DNA from: an uncultured Bacteroidales bacterium
GTDB taxonomy: Bacteria > Bacteroidota > Bacteroidia > Bacteroidales > GCA-2748055
Length of the DNA: 64,000 nt
Direction: 5' to 3'
NCBI GenBank assembly: GCA_963751705.1
Contig: CAVVVN010000001.1
Location: 493,329-557,328, forward strand
Shown: piece by piece, positions 45,393 through 53,856 of the stretch
Layout of the letters: every line of letters starts with the position of its first letter
Position numbering within the stretch: the stretch's first letter is position 1
Notes under the pieces: generated by a model
The model's input: only the letters and a program-made list of their open reading frames with translations
Told to the model about the DNA's origin: nothing
Database searches by the model: none
Made by a program: the position numbers and the translations under genes

Positions 45393-46373
45393 TTACTTAT
45401 TTCGGGATACTGTAAACTCTACAAGATCTCGAAGGGAAGATCTGGAGGGAGATTCAGGAAAGGTGTAAAGTATCTCCATGGCGGCTGATTTATATTCCTG
45501 CATTTTAGAATTGGCATACACGATCCCTCCCAGGTCATTCACAAATTGGACTACTTCGTTAACCACGTGCTGACTGCGATTTCCATTCTTAATTTTCCTG
45601 ATGATGGCCTTTCGCCTGGCTGAATCTGCCTGGTTTAGAGCGTAAATTAGGGGCAGGGTGAACTTTTTATCTTTTATGTCGTTCCCGGTAGGCTTACCGA
45701 TGGAACCATGTTGTTGATAATCAAAGAGATCATCTTTGATTTGAAAGGCCATCCCTATATTAATTCCCATGTCATATACCCGATTAACCACCTCCTGGCT
45801 GGCGCCGGCAGCCTTGGCTCCACAAGCCGTGCAGGAAGCAATGAGACTGGCCGTTTTTTTCCGAATAACTTCGTAATACGTCTCCATATCGATATTCAGA
45901 CTTCGGGATTTCTGAATCTGTAGCAATTCCCCCTCACTCATTTCCCTGGAAGCGTGAGAGACGATCTCCAGAAGATCATAATTTTTTCTTTCTACAGCCA
46001 ACAACAAGCCCTGGGCAAGCAGGTAATCCCCAAAGAGGACGGCCACCTTTGATCTCCAGATGGCGTTTACTGAAAAAACTCCGCGGCGCTCATTGGATTC
46101 GTCCACCACATCGTCATGTACCAGGGTGGCTGTATGCATCAATTCTACCAGAGAGGCAGCGGTATAGGAAGCCTCGGTGATCTCCCCGGTGAGCCTGGAG
46201 GAGAGGAAGACAAAAAGCGGGCGCATCTGTTTTCCTTTCCTGCGAAGAACAAAACGGGTAACCATGGTCAAAAGAGGTATATTGCTGGAAACTTCTGATT
46301 TGAATCGGGAATCAAATTCTTTCATTTCACGGCTAACAGGCTTCCTGATGGTATCCAAAGTGATCATTGGCAT
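45393..46373 (-). CDS. long-chain polyprenyl diphosphate synthase (IspB-like)
   Basis: FARM LVHDDVVDESNERRG and SARM FQIKDDLFD motifs. Confidence 0.88.
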   Translation of the reverse strand: MPMITLDTIRKPVSREMKEFDSRFKSEVSSNIPLLTMVTRFVLRRKGKQMRPLFVFLSSRLTGEITEASYTAASLVELMHTATLVHDDVVDESNERRGVFSVNAIWRSKVAVLFGDYLLAQGLLLAVERKNYDLLEIVSHASREMSEGELLQIQKSRSLNIDMETYYEVIRKKTASLIASCTACGAKAAGASQEVVNRVYDMGINIGMAFQIKDDLFDYQQHGSIGKPTGNDIKDKKFTLPLIYALNQADSARRKAIIRKIKNGNRSQHVVNEVVQFVNDLGGIVYANSKMQEYKSAAMEILYTFPESPSRSSLRDLVEFTVSRNK

Positions 46374-46466
46374 TCATTGAGAGTTTTCAAAGGTAGAAAA
46401 AAGAACTCTGAATAGCGTCAATTTTTAAGAGGGGAGAAATAACATATTAAATACCTTAAATATTAA

Positions 46467-46474
46467 TATATTTG
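46467..46474 (+). promoter_or_regulatory. -7 box TATATTTG upstream of the ArsR-family gene
   Basis: Exact TAnnTTTG, 38 nt upstream of ATG 46513, in an AT-rich divergent spacer. Confidence 0.35.
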
Positions 46475-46512
46475 TATTTGATCAATATGTACTGCTTAAG
46501 AAATCATAAATT

Positions 46513-46812
46513 ATGGAGTTTTCGGATCTAAAACCTGAAGAAGTTGAACGTGCTGCAAATATGATCAAAGCCATTTCTCATCCCATGCGGCTGGCAATTC
46601 TGGGTTATCTGGGAGAGGGAAATCAACTGAATGTGACCGAAATTCACAATTTGCTCCACATTGAGCAATCCACAGCATCTCATCATCTTGGCATTTTGAA
46701 AGATAAGGGCATTCTTGCCTCTGTGCGGAAGGGAAAAAACACCCTTTATTACCTGAAAAGAAAGAATTTGAGTACTCTGGTAAAATGTATCAGCGAATGT
46801 GCCTGTGATTGA
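46513..46812 (+). CDS. ArsR/SmtB-family transcriptional regulator with C-terminal Cys cluster
   Basis: ISHPMRLAILGYL...VTEIHNLLHIEQSTASHHLGILKDKGIL wHTH domain; C-terminus is KCISECACD. Confidence 0.85.
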   Translation: MEFSDLKPEEVERAANMIKAISHPMRLAILGYLGEGNQLNVTEIHNLLHIEQSTASHHLGILKDKGILASVRKGKNTLYYLKRKNLSTLVKCISECACD

Positions 46813-46825
46813 AAAATATGAAAGC

Positions 46826-47275
46826 ATGAAGAAAGTTAGGCTTACCAAGGAGTTTCATTTCGAAATGGCACACGCCTTGTGGAACTATGACGGGCTATGC
46901 CGGCATATACACGGGCACTCTTACAAACTTACGGTAACGGTTATTGGAGAACCCATAGCGGATGCAAACAGTCACAAATTGGGAATGGTGCTTGACTTTA
47001 CGGATCTGAAAGCTGTGGTCAAAGGACCTGTAGTCGATCACTTCGATCATTCCCTGGTAATATATCGCGGAGCAGAGAGCGCCCTTCCTGATAGACTAAA
47101 TGAGATGTATGGAAAGGTGCATCTTGTTAATTTTCAGCCTACTTGCGAAAATCTTGTTATACATATTGCTGAAAAGATTAGCCCCCTTCTCCCTTCAGCC
47201 GTGCAGTTGTTTTCTGTGAAGCTCTATGAAACGGCCACCTCCTATGCCGAGTGGCACGCAACAGATAATCAGTAA
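46826..47275 (+). CDS. queD: 6-carboxy-5,6,7,8-tetrahydropterin synthase
   Basis: FEMAHAL and CRHIHGHSYKLTV zinc/catalytic motifs, and DHSLVI. ATG 46826 is preferred over the GTG 46799 that overlaps the arsR-like gene. Confidence 0.88.
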   Translation: MKKVRLTKEFHFEMAHALWNYDGLCRHIHGHSYKLTVTVIGEPIADANSHKLGMVLDFTDLKAVVKGPVVDHFDHSLVIYRGAESALPDRLNEMYGKVHLVNFQPTCENLVIHIAEKISPLLPSAVQLFSVKLYETATSYAEWHATDNQ

Positions 47276-47290
47276 CTAACAGATAAAATA

Positions 47291-50104
47291 GTGGAAAAGA
47301 AATTATTCCTCCTGGATGCTTATGCCTTGATTTTCAGGGCATACTATGCATTTATTTCAAACCCCATGGTCAATTCAAAAGGCCTCCCCACTTCAACTGT
47401 ATTTGGGTTTACCCTGGCTCTTGAAGAGATTCTTCGAAAAGAATCCCCATCACATATTGCCGTGGTTTTTGATCCTCCCGGTCCCACCTTCCGGCATGAT
47501 ATGTTTCCGGAATACAAGGCTAACAGGGATGCTACCCCCGAGGATATTATATTGGCAGTGCCCTATATAAAAAAGCTGGTGGAAGGCTTTAATATTCCGG
47601 TTATAGAAGAATCCGGATATGAGGCAGATGATGTTATAGGAACCTTAGCCAAACAGGCAGAAAAAAAGGGTTTCGAGGTGTATATGATGACGCCTGATAA
47701 GGATTTTGCACAGCTGGTATCGGAGCATATTTTTATGTACAAACCCGGCCGGGCAGGAGGAGGGGCCGAAGTGCTGGGGCTTTCTGAAGTGAGAGAAAAG
47801 TTCCTCGTGGAACGTGCAGAACAAATAATTGATTATCTGGCTTTAATGGGAGATTCGGCCGATAATATTCCGGGAGCTAAGGGAATAGGTGAAAAAACAG
47901 CCCAAAAGCTGATTGGACAATTTGGGTCTGTGGAGGGAGTATACGGAAATATTAATGAACTTAAAGGGAAACAGAAGGAGAATATCGAAAACTCCAGAGA
48001 GCAGGTAATGCTCTCCAAAGAACTGGCAACCATTGCGCTGGATGTACCCATCCAATTCGATCCGGCTGATCTAAAGCGGAAGGAGCTAAATCGAGACCAG
48101 CTCACAAAATTATTTAATGAACTGGAATTTAAAAACATAGCGGACAGAGTGTTAAGCTTAAGCCTGTCTGCGCCCACGGGATCGACCAGTGAAAGCTCCC
48201 CGGACCCCAAATTTTCAGGTTCCGCAAGCGGACAGGGAAACCTGTTTGAGGATAACAGTATGCAGAGAAAGGCAGAACTGGAGACTTTGTTCGCGTCCAT
48301 TGATTCTGTGAAGCACCACTACAGCCTGATCGATACCAAAGAAGGAGTTAAGAAGCTGGCAAAGGAGCTTTCCGGTTTAAAGTCATTCTGCTTCGATACA
48401 GAAACAACCGGCCTGGATGTGATGGAAGCAGAATTGGTGGGTATGGCATTCAGCTGGGAGGCAAAACAGGCAGCCTATATCTCCTTTAGTGAAGAGAGGA
48501 AAGAAATTCTGGAGTGGCTGGAGCTTTTAAAGGAACCCTTCGGTAAGGAGGAGATTGAAAAGATCGGGCAGAATTTAAAATATGATCTTCACATCTTAAA
48601 GAATTATGAAATAGAGGTAAAAGGCAGCTTATTTGATACTATGGTTGCACATTTTATCTTAAAACCCGAACAGAAGCACAATCTGAATATTCTGGCAGAA
48701 CAATACCTGAATTATACCATGATTAGTATCGAATCCCTTATCGGGAAAAAGGGTGCCAGACAATCATCTTTCAGATCCATTTCCCCGGAAAAGGCCAAAG
48801 AATATTCCGGTGAAGATGCAGATATTACCTGGCAGCTGGCGCAAATTCTCAAAAAAGAAATCGCGGATAATGGCTTCCTCGAGCTTTCTGAAACTATTGA
48901 AATGCCCTTGATCCCTGTTTTGATGAAGATGGAACATCAGGGGGTTAAACTGGATGTGAAGGCATTGAATCATTTTGCAATCAAATTAAGAGAAGATATC
49001 CTGGAAGCGGAGCAGCAAATATATACGCTGGCAGGCATGGAATTTAATATCAATTCGCCCAAACAATTCGGAGAAGTACTGTTTGAAAGAATGAAAATAG
49101 TGGAGAATCCCAAAAAGACGAAAACCAAGCAGTATGCCACCGGCGAAGAGATACTGATCCAATTAAAAGACAAGCATCCCATTATAGGTAAAGTATTGGA
49201 ATACAGGTCATTAAAAAAACTTCTCAGCACCTATGTTACTGCTCTCCCCCTGCTTGTAAAGCCAGGGACCGGAAAATTGCACACTTCTTTTAACCAGGCC
49301 CTGGTTACCACAGGCAGGCTCTCATCGGTAAATCCGAATCTCCAGAATATACCCATCCGGGAGGAGCGCGGAAGAGAGATCCGAAGGGCGTTTATACCGG
49401 AGAAGAAAAAAAATGTGTTTTTTTCGGCTGACTATTCTCAGATTGAGCTGCGAGTGATGGCACATTTAAGCGGTGATGAGCAGATGATCCAGGCCTTTGT
49501 CGACAAGGAGGACATCCATACGGCCACGGCTGCTAAAATATATAAGATTCCCATGGAAGAGGTTAGCAAGGAAATGAGAAGCCGGGCGAAAACAGCTAAT
49601 TTCGGAATCATATACGGCATTTCAGCTTTTGGCCTATCCCAGAGAATGCAAATTTCCCGAACGGAGGCAAAAGACCTTATCGAAGGGTATTTTGTATCTT
49701 ATCCCAAAGTGAAAGAATTTATGGATGCCTCTATCCGAATGGCCCGAGAAAAGGGATATGTGGAGACCATGTTTGGCAGAAGACGATACCTCCCTGATAT
49801 TCTTTCAAGGAATTCGGTTGTACGGGGGAATGCGGAGCGAAATGCCATAAACTCCCCCATACAGGGCTCCGCTGCAGATATTATAAAAATAGCCATGATC
49901 CGCATTCAGAGGGCCTTTGAAGAAGAGAAACTGGGGTCGGCGCTGATTCTTCAGGTTCACGATGAATTGAATTTCGATGTTCTGCCAAATGAGCTTGAAA
50001 GGGTGCAAGAGATTACCAAAATGGAAATGGAGAATGCCACCAGATTGTCAGCACCCCTTATTGTGGATATGGGCGTGGGAGCCAACTGGCTGGAGGCACA
50101 CTAA
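47291..50104 (+). CDS. polA: DNA polymerase I
   Basis: 5' nuclease LLDAYALIFRAYYA, 3'-5' exonuclease FDTETTGLD, polymerase motif A DYSQIELRVMAH, motif B RSRAKTANFGIIYG and motif C QVHDEL. GTG start. Confidence 0.96.
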   Translation: MEKKLFLLDAYALIFRAYYAFISNPMVNSKGLPTSTVFGFTLALEEILRKESPSHIAVVFDPPGPTFRHDMFPEYKANRDATPEDIILAVPYIKKLVEGFNIPVIEESGYEADDVIGTLAKQAEKKGFEVYMMTPDKDFAQLVSEHIFMYKPGRAGGGAEVLGLSEVREKFLVERAEQIIDYLALMGDSADNIPGAKGIGEKTAQKLIGQFGSVEGVYGNINELKGKQKENIENSREQVMLSKELATIALDVPIQFDPADLKRKELNRDQLTKLFNELEFKNIADRVLSLSLSAPTGSTSESSPDPKFSGSASGQGNLFEDNSMQRKAELETLFASIDSVKHHYSLIDTKEGVKKLAKELSGLKSFCFDTETTGLDVMEAELVGMAFSWEAKQAAYISFSEERKEILEWLELLKEPFGKEEIEKIGQNLKYDLHILKNYEIEVKGSLFDTMVAHFILKPEQKHNLNILAEQYLNYTMISIESLIGKKGARQSSFRSISPEKAKEYSGEDADITWQLAQILKKEIADNGFLELSETIEMPLIPVLMKMEHQGVKLDVKALNHFAIKLREDILEAEQQIYTLAGMEFNINSPKQFGEVLFERMKIVENPKKTKTKQYATGEEILIQLKDKHPIIGKVLEYRSLKKLLSTYVTALPLLVKPGTGKLHTSFNQALVTTGRLSSVNPNLQNIPIREERGREIRRAFIPEKKKNVFFSADYSQIELRVMAHLSGDEQMIQAFVDKEDIHTATAAKIYKIPMEEVSKEMRSRAKTANFGIIYGISAFGLSQRMQISRTEAKDLIEGYFVSYPKVKEFMDASIRMAREKGYVETMFGRRRYLPDILSRNSVVRGNAERNAINSPIQGSAADIIKIAMIRIQRAFEEEKLGSALILQVHDELNFDVLPNELERVQEITKMEMENATRLSAPLIVDMGVGANWLEAH

Positions 50105-50114
50105 GACTTTAGTT

Positions 50115-51797
50115 CTAATTGTTAGCTTTCGCGAGGGCTCCCTTGTTTCCGCTTAAGACTTCTTTCAGCATTCCGGGTTCATTAAGTATCTCGCGGGCTT
50201 TGTCCAGTTGAGAGTCTTCCTGTATTTGTTTCAGTATTCTTCCCGCCTGAAAATAGTACCTGTTCACAATCTCTTCCGCAAGGATCTGTTTGATCTCCTT
50301 TTCAAAGGTTTCCAGATCCTTAAGATTATTGTGAGCAAGTTTCTCTTCCAGGGAGGAGAACTCTTCACTTGCTAGCTCGTAATATTTTTCTCTTTTGGCG
50401 CTTTTCACAAGCGTGGCAAAGGTCTTTTCACTGGCCGTTTGAAACTCAAAATCTTTTTCTTCAATGAAATCTTTAAATAATGCATACTCATCACTTGATA
50501 ATGAGTAAGATTTTGGAGAACTTATTTCATCATTTGTGTTTCGGTACCGTGTGGCAAAGTCAAAAAATAAACCCTGAGTATAAAGCTGGATGGCAATTTC
50601 TGAAAGCATTTCCGGGATCACTTCAAAATCGGGCTGAATTCCTCCACCATCATAGACCAGACGTCCGTTTTGGGTTTGGTATTCCGAAATGAGTGAATCG
50701 GGGATGACTCCCACACTGCCATCTTCATTGCGATGGGTATAGTCAAGCGCCTGGATACAACGACCACTGGGAATATAATATTTAGCGGTAGTTACTTTTA
50801 ATTGTGCGTTGTATTTGAGAGGCCTGGAAGTTTGCACGAGGCCTTTACCAAAGGTGCGTTGCCCAACAATTACGGCCCGATCCAGGTCCTGTAAAGCTCC
50901 TGCCACAATTTCAGAGGCGGACGCAGATCCACGGTTTACCAGGACCACCAGGGGAATCTCCCTGTCCAGAGGCACCTGCGTGGTGGAATATTCAGAATCC
51001 CACTGTTTCATCTTCCCCCGGGTGCTTACAATCATTTCGCCTTTATCAACAAACAGATTACAGATTCTTACCGCTTCTATCAGCAAGCCTCCCGGATTGG
51101 AACGCAGATCAAGGACCAGGGAATTTAATTGATTCTCTTTCTTTAATTCATTCAAAGCATTTTCAACCTCTTTGCTGGCGCCACTTGTAAAATTAGAAAT
51201 GCGGATGTATCCCGTCCCCTGATCAATCATTCCGTAATAGGGAACATTCAGAATAGATATTTTCTCTCTGGATAGTTTAAACTTAAGGGGCTTTTCTTCT
51301 CCGTAACGTTCAATGGTCAGAGAAAGCTCGGTGCCGGGTTTCCCTTTTAAGCGCTCACTGACCGATTCAATTGCCAGGTTCCTGGTATCTACCCCATCCA
51401 CTTCTAAAATCAGATCGCCGGCTCTTATCCCTGCCTTTGCTGCGGGAAAGCCTTCATAAGGTTCTGCAATCATTACCTGTTCATTAGACCTTCTGATCAA
51501 AGAACCGATCCCTCCATATTCACCGGTAGTCTGGAATTGAAAATCATCCATGTCGGATTCCGGTATATAGTCTGTATAGGGGTCAAGCGAGGAAAGCATG
51601 GCCTCAATACTGGTTGTGACAAGCTTTTCAGGATCTGTTTCATCCACATAAAACATGTTTAGCTCCCTGAAAAGAGTGTAGTAGATATCCAGGTTTTTAA
51701 CCAGTTCAAGATCCTTATTTTTTAAGGTAGAAAAACCAACACTTAAGAGGAAAATAAGAAATCCAGCCAGATATAAGATATGTTTATGCTTTTTCAT
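50115..51797 (-). CDS. S41-family C-terminal processing peptidase with PDZ domain
   Basis: N-terminal TM/signal segment, a PDZ segment (GIRAGDLILEVDG), catalytic region NRGSASASEI and GQRTFGKGLVQ. Confidence 0.88.
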   Translation of the reverse strand: MKKHKHILYLAGFLIFLLSVGFSTLKNKDLELVKNLDIYYTLFRELNMFYVDETDPEKLVTTSIEAMLSSLDPYTDYIPESDMDDFQFQTTGEYGGIGSLIRRSNEQVMIAEPYEGFPAAKAGIRAGDLILEVDGVDTRNLAIESVSERLKGKPGTELSLTIERYGEEKPLKFKLSREKISILNVPYYGMIDQGTGYIRISNFTSGASKEVENALNELKKENQLNSLVLDLRSNPGGLLIEAVRICNLFVDKGEMIVSTRGKMKQWDSEYSTTQVPLDREIPLVVLVNRGSASASEIVAGALQDLDRAVIVGQRTFGKGLVQTSRPLKYNAQLKVTTAKYYIPSGRCIQALDYTHRNEDGSVGVIPDSLISEYQTQNGRLVYDGGGIQPDFEVIPEMLSEIAIQLYTQGLFFDFATRYRNTNDEISSPKSYSLSSDEYALFKDFIEEKDFEFQTASEKTFATLVKSAKREKYYELASEEFSSLEEKLAHNNLKDLETFEKEIKQILAEEIVNRYYFQAGRILKQIQEDSQLDKAREILNEPGMLKEVLSGNKGALAKANN

Positions 51798-51911
51798 TCA
51801 GATCATACTTTTATAAAACTCATATTATCACTTGGTTCAAGCGGGTATAAAGGAACTACAAAGAAATTAATTCTTCCCAACATTTAACTTTTTTTTAGAA
51901 AGTGTGATATG

Positions 51912-51919
51912 TATCTTTG
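51912..51919 (+). promoter_or_regulatory. -7 box TATCTTTG upstream of the DUF4271-like gene
   Basis: Matches TAnnTTTG and overlaps the ORF-track TTG start (51917). This argues for ATG 51938 as the real start. Confidence 0.35.
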
Positions 51920-51937
51920 TGGACAAATTTTCTACAA

Positions 51938-52684
51938 ATGCCGGGCCAGGATACTGTTGTACATGCTATTTTTAAAGGCTCTGCTATAGAAAGCACATCC
52001 TATACGGGTGGAGTAGAGCTACTTGAAAGAATGCCGCTCCACCAACCCACCTGGTATTTTATCTTTCTGTTTCTGCTGATCGGACTATTTGCCTGGATCA
52101 GGCTCTATTATGGCAACATTTTAACTCAAACTGTACAGGCCTCCACAAATTTTCAGGTAGCAAATCGGATGTTTCAGGATAACAGCTTGTTGCAGAACCA
52201 ATTAGACATCGTGCTGTACCTGTTTTATTTTCTGAGTGTGGCTTTTATGCTTTTCCACCTGGAGATGCGGGTAGGCCTGAAGCCATATGAGTTGCAGGGA
52301 GCTTCATTATACCTGTTTAATCTGGCCTTTCTGGCCGGCTTGTTTATTTGCAGAACAGTGCTATTCAATGCAGCAGGATTATTGTTCAACAGGCTGAAGC
52401 TCGTCAGAGAGTATTTATACAATATTTTCATATTTAACAAACTGTCAGGAATGGCTGTTCTGCCCCTGATGTTCCTGCTGGTTTATACAAGGGGAAGCAT
52501 CCAGGTGGTGTTTTTCTGGATTAGTATTTTTGTCCTTGCGGGCATTATTGTAATGAGAGTCATCAGAGGAATTGTATTTTCTTATCGAAAAGATATTTTA
52601 GTATTCTATATGTTTTTGTACCTTTGTGCCCTTGAAATAGCACCTCTTGTATTATTATACAGGTGGTTGGAAGGTGTCCTTTAA
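51938..52684 (+). CDS. multi-pass membrane protein (DUF4271-like)
   Basis: Six or more hydrophobic segments. From memory, this family sits immediately upstream of hemD in Bacteroidota. Confidence 0.5.
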   Translation: MPGQDTVVHAIFKGSAIESTSYTGGVELLERMPLHQPTWYFIFLFLLIGLFAWIRLYYGNILTQTVQASTNFQVANRMFQDNSLLQNQLDIVLYLFYFLSVAFMLFHLEMRVGLKPYELQGASLYLFNLAFLAGLFICRTVLFNAAGLLFNRLKLVREYLYNIFIFNKLSGMAVLPLMFLLVYTRGSIQVVFFWISIFVLAGIIVMRVIRGIVFSYRKDILVFYMFLYLCALEIAPLVLLYRWLEGVL

Positions 52685-52707
52685 GAGAGAAATTAAAACG
52701 GAATAAT

Positions 52708-53469
52708 ATGGGAAGAATAAGGAAAATCCTTGTTTCTCAGCCAGAGCCTGAGAATAACAAATCACCCTATTTTGATTTAGCAAGCAAACATAATCTGAAA
52801 ATTGATTTCAGGCCTTTCATTCATGTGGAAGGTGTTACAGCAAGAGATTTTCGGCAGGAAAAAGTGGACCTGGGCTCTCACACGGCAGTTATTTTTACCA
52901 GTAAAACCTCAATTGACCATTATTTCAGAATGGCCGAGGAGACGCGGACCAGCATTCCCGACACCATGAAATATTTCTGTGTGTCAGAGGCCACAGCTTA
53001 TTATCTCCAGAAATATATCGTTTACCGTAAAAGAAAGATTTTCTATGGAAACGGTATGATCCCGCATCTGGTGGAAGTCATGAACAAGCACAAGGATGAG
53101 AAATTTCTGCTGCCCCTTTCTGCTGCACACAAAGAGGAGATCCCCGAACTGCTGAATAAAGGCAGCTTTAATTTCTCCAAAGCCATACTTTACAGAACCG
53201 AATGCAGCGATCTATCCGACCTGGCCGATGTGAATTATGATATCCTGGTCTTTTACAGTCCTTCAGGGATTAAGTCACTATTCCAGAATTTCCCCGATTT
53301 TAAGCAGAACAACACAAAAATCGCCTCCTTTGGTGCCAAGACGGCAAAGGCAGCAGAAGAAGCAGGATTAAGGTTGGACATTACAGCTCCACAGCCTCAG
53401 GCCCCCTCGATGACCATGGCCCTGGAGAACTTTATAAAGAACTACAATAAGAGCAACGGGAGATCGTAA
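52708..53469 (+). CDS. hemD: uroporphyrinogen-III synthase
   Basis: ATG 52708 gives MGRIRKILVSQPEPEN...; FTSKTSIDHYF and VFYSPSGIKSLF duplicated half-domain pattern. Confidence 0.8.
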   Translation: MGRIRKILVSQPEPENNKSPYFDLASKHNLKIDFRPFIHVEGVTARDFRQEKVDLGSHTAVIFTSKTSIDHYFRMAEETRTSIPDTMKYFCVSEATAYYLQKYIVYRKRKIFYGNGMIPHLVEVMNKHKDEKFLLPLSAAHKEEIPELLNKGSFNFSKAILYRTECSDLSDLADVNYDILVFYSPSGIKSLFQNFPDFKQNNTKIASFGAKTAKAAEEAGLRLDITAPQPQAPSMTMALENFIKNYNKSNGRS

Positions 53470-53852
53470 AGCAGTTTTCATTTTCAAAAAAAGAAAGACT
53501 TTCCAGCAGGAAAGCCATTTCACTTCTGTTTGAAACGGGCAAATCTGTCTATGCCTCCCCCATTCGGATCATTTTCAAATTAGAGGATCGGGGTCCTTAT
53601 CCGCTTGCCATGGCCGTTTCGGTTCCCAAAAGGCTTTTTAAGCGGGCAGTTGATCGAAATCTGCTGAAACGAAGGATCAGAGAAGCTTACCGTCTGAATA
53701 AGAGCGACTTATATAAATTAATGGAGCAGAAAAATCAAACCCTTCATATGCTTGTCCAGTACCAGCAAAGAGAAATTACGGATTTCAGAAACATTGAGAC
53801 GGGACTGCTCCATGCTATGGTAAAACTGGCAGAGAAACTGAATGAGCAATAG
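53463..53852 (+). CDS. rnpA: ribonuclease P protein component (start codon unresolved; 53463 is an ATC)
   Basis: RNR-type motif KRAVDRNLLKRRIREAYR. The conserved N-terminal FSFSKKERLSSRKAISLLFETGKS is encoded in frame upstream of the first ATG (53610). Confidence 0.7.
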   Translation: MVKQFSFSKKERLSSRKAISLLFETGKSVYASPIRIIFKLEDRGPYPLAMAVSVPKRLFKRAVDRNLLKRRIREAYRLNKSDLYKLMEQKNQTLHMLVQYQQREITDFRNIETGLLHAMVKLAEKLNEQ

Positions 53853-53856
53853 TTGA

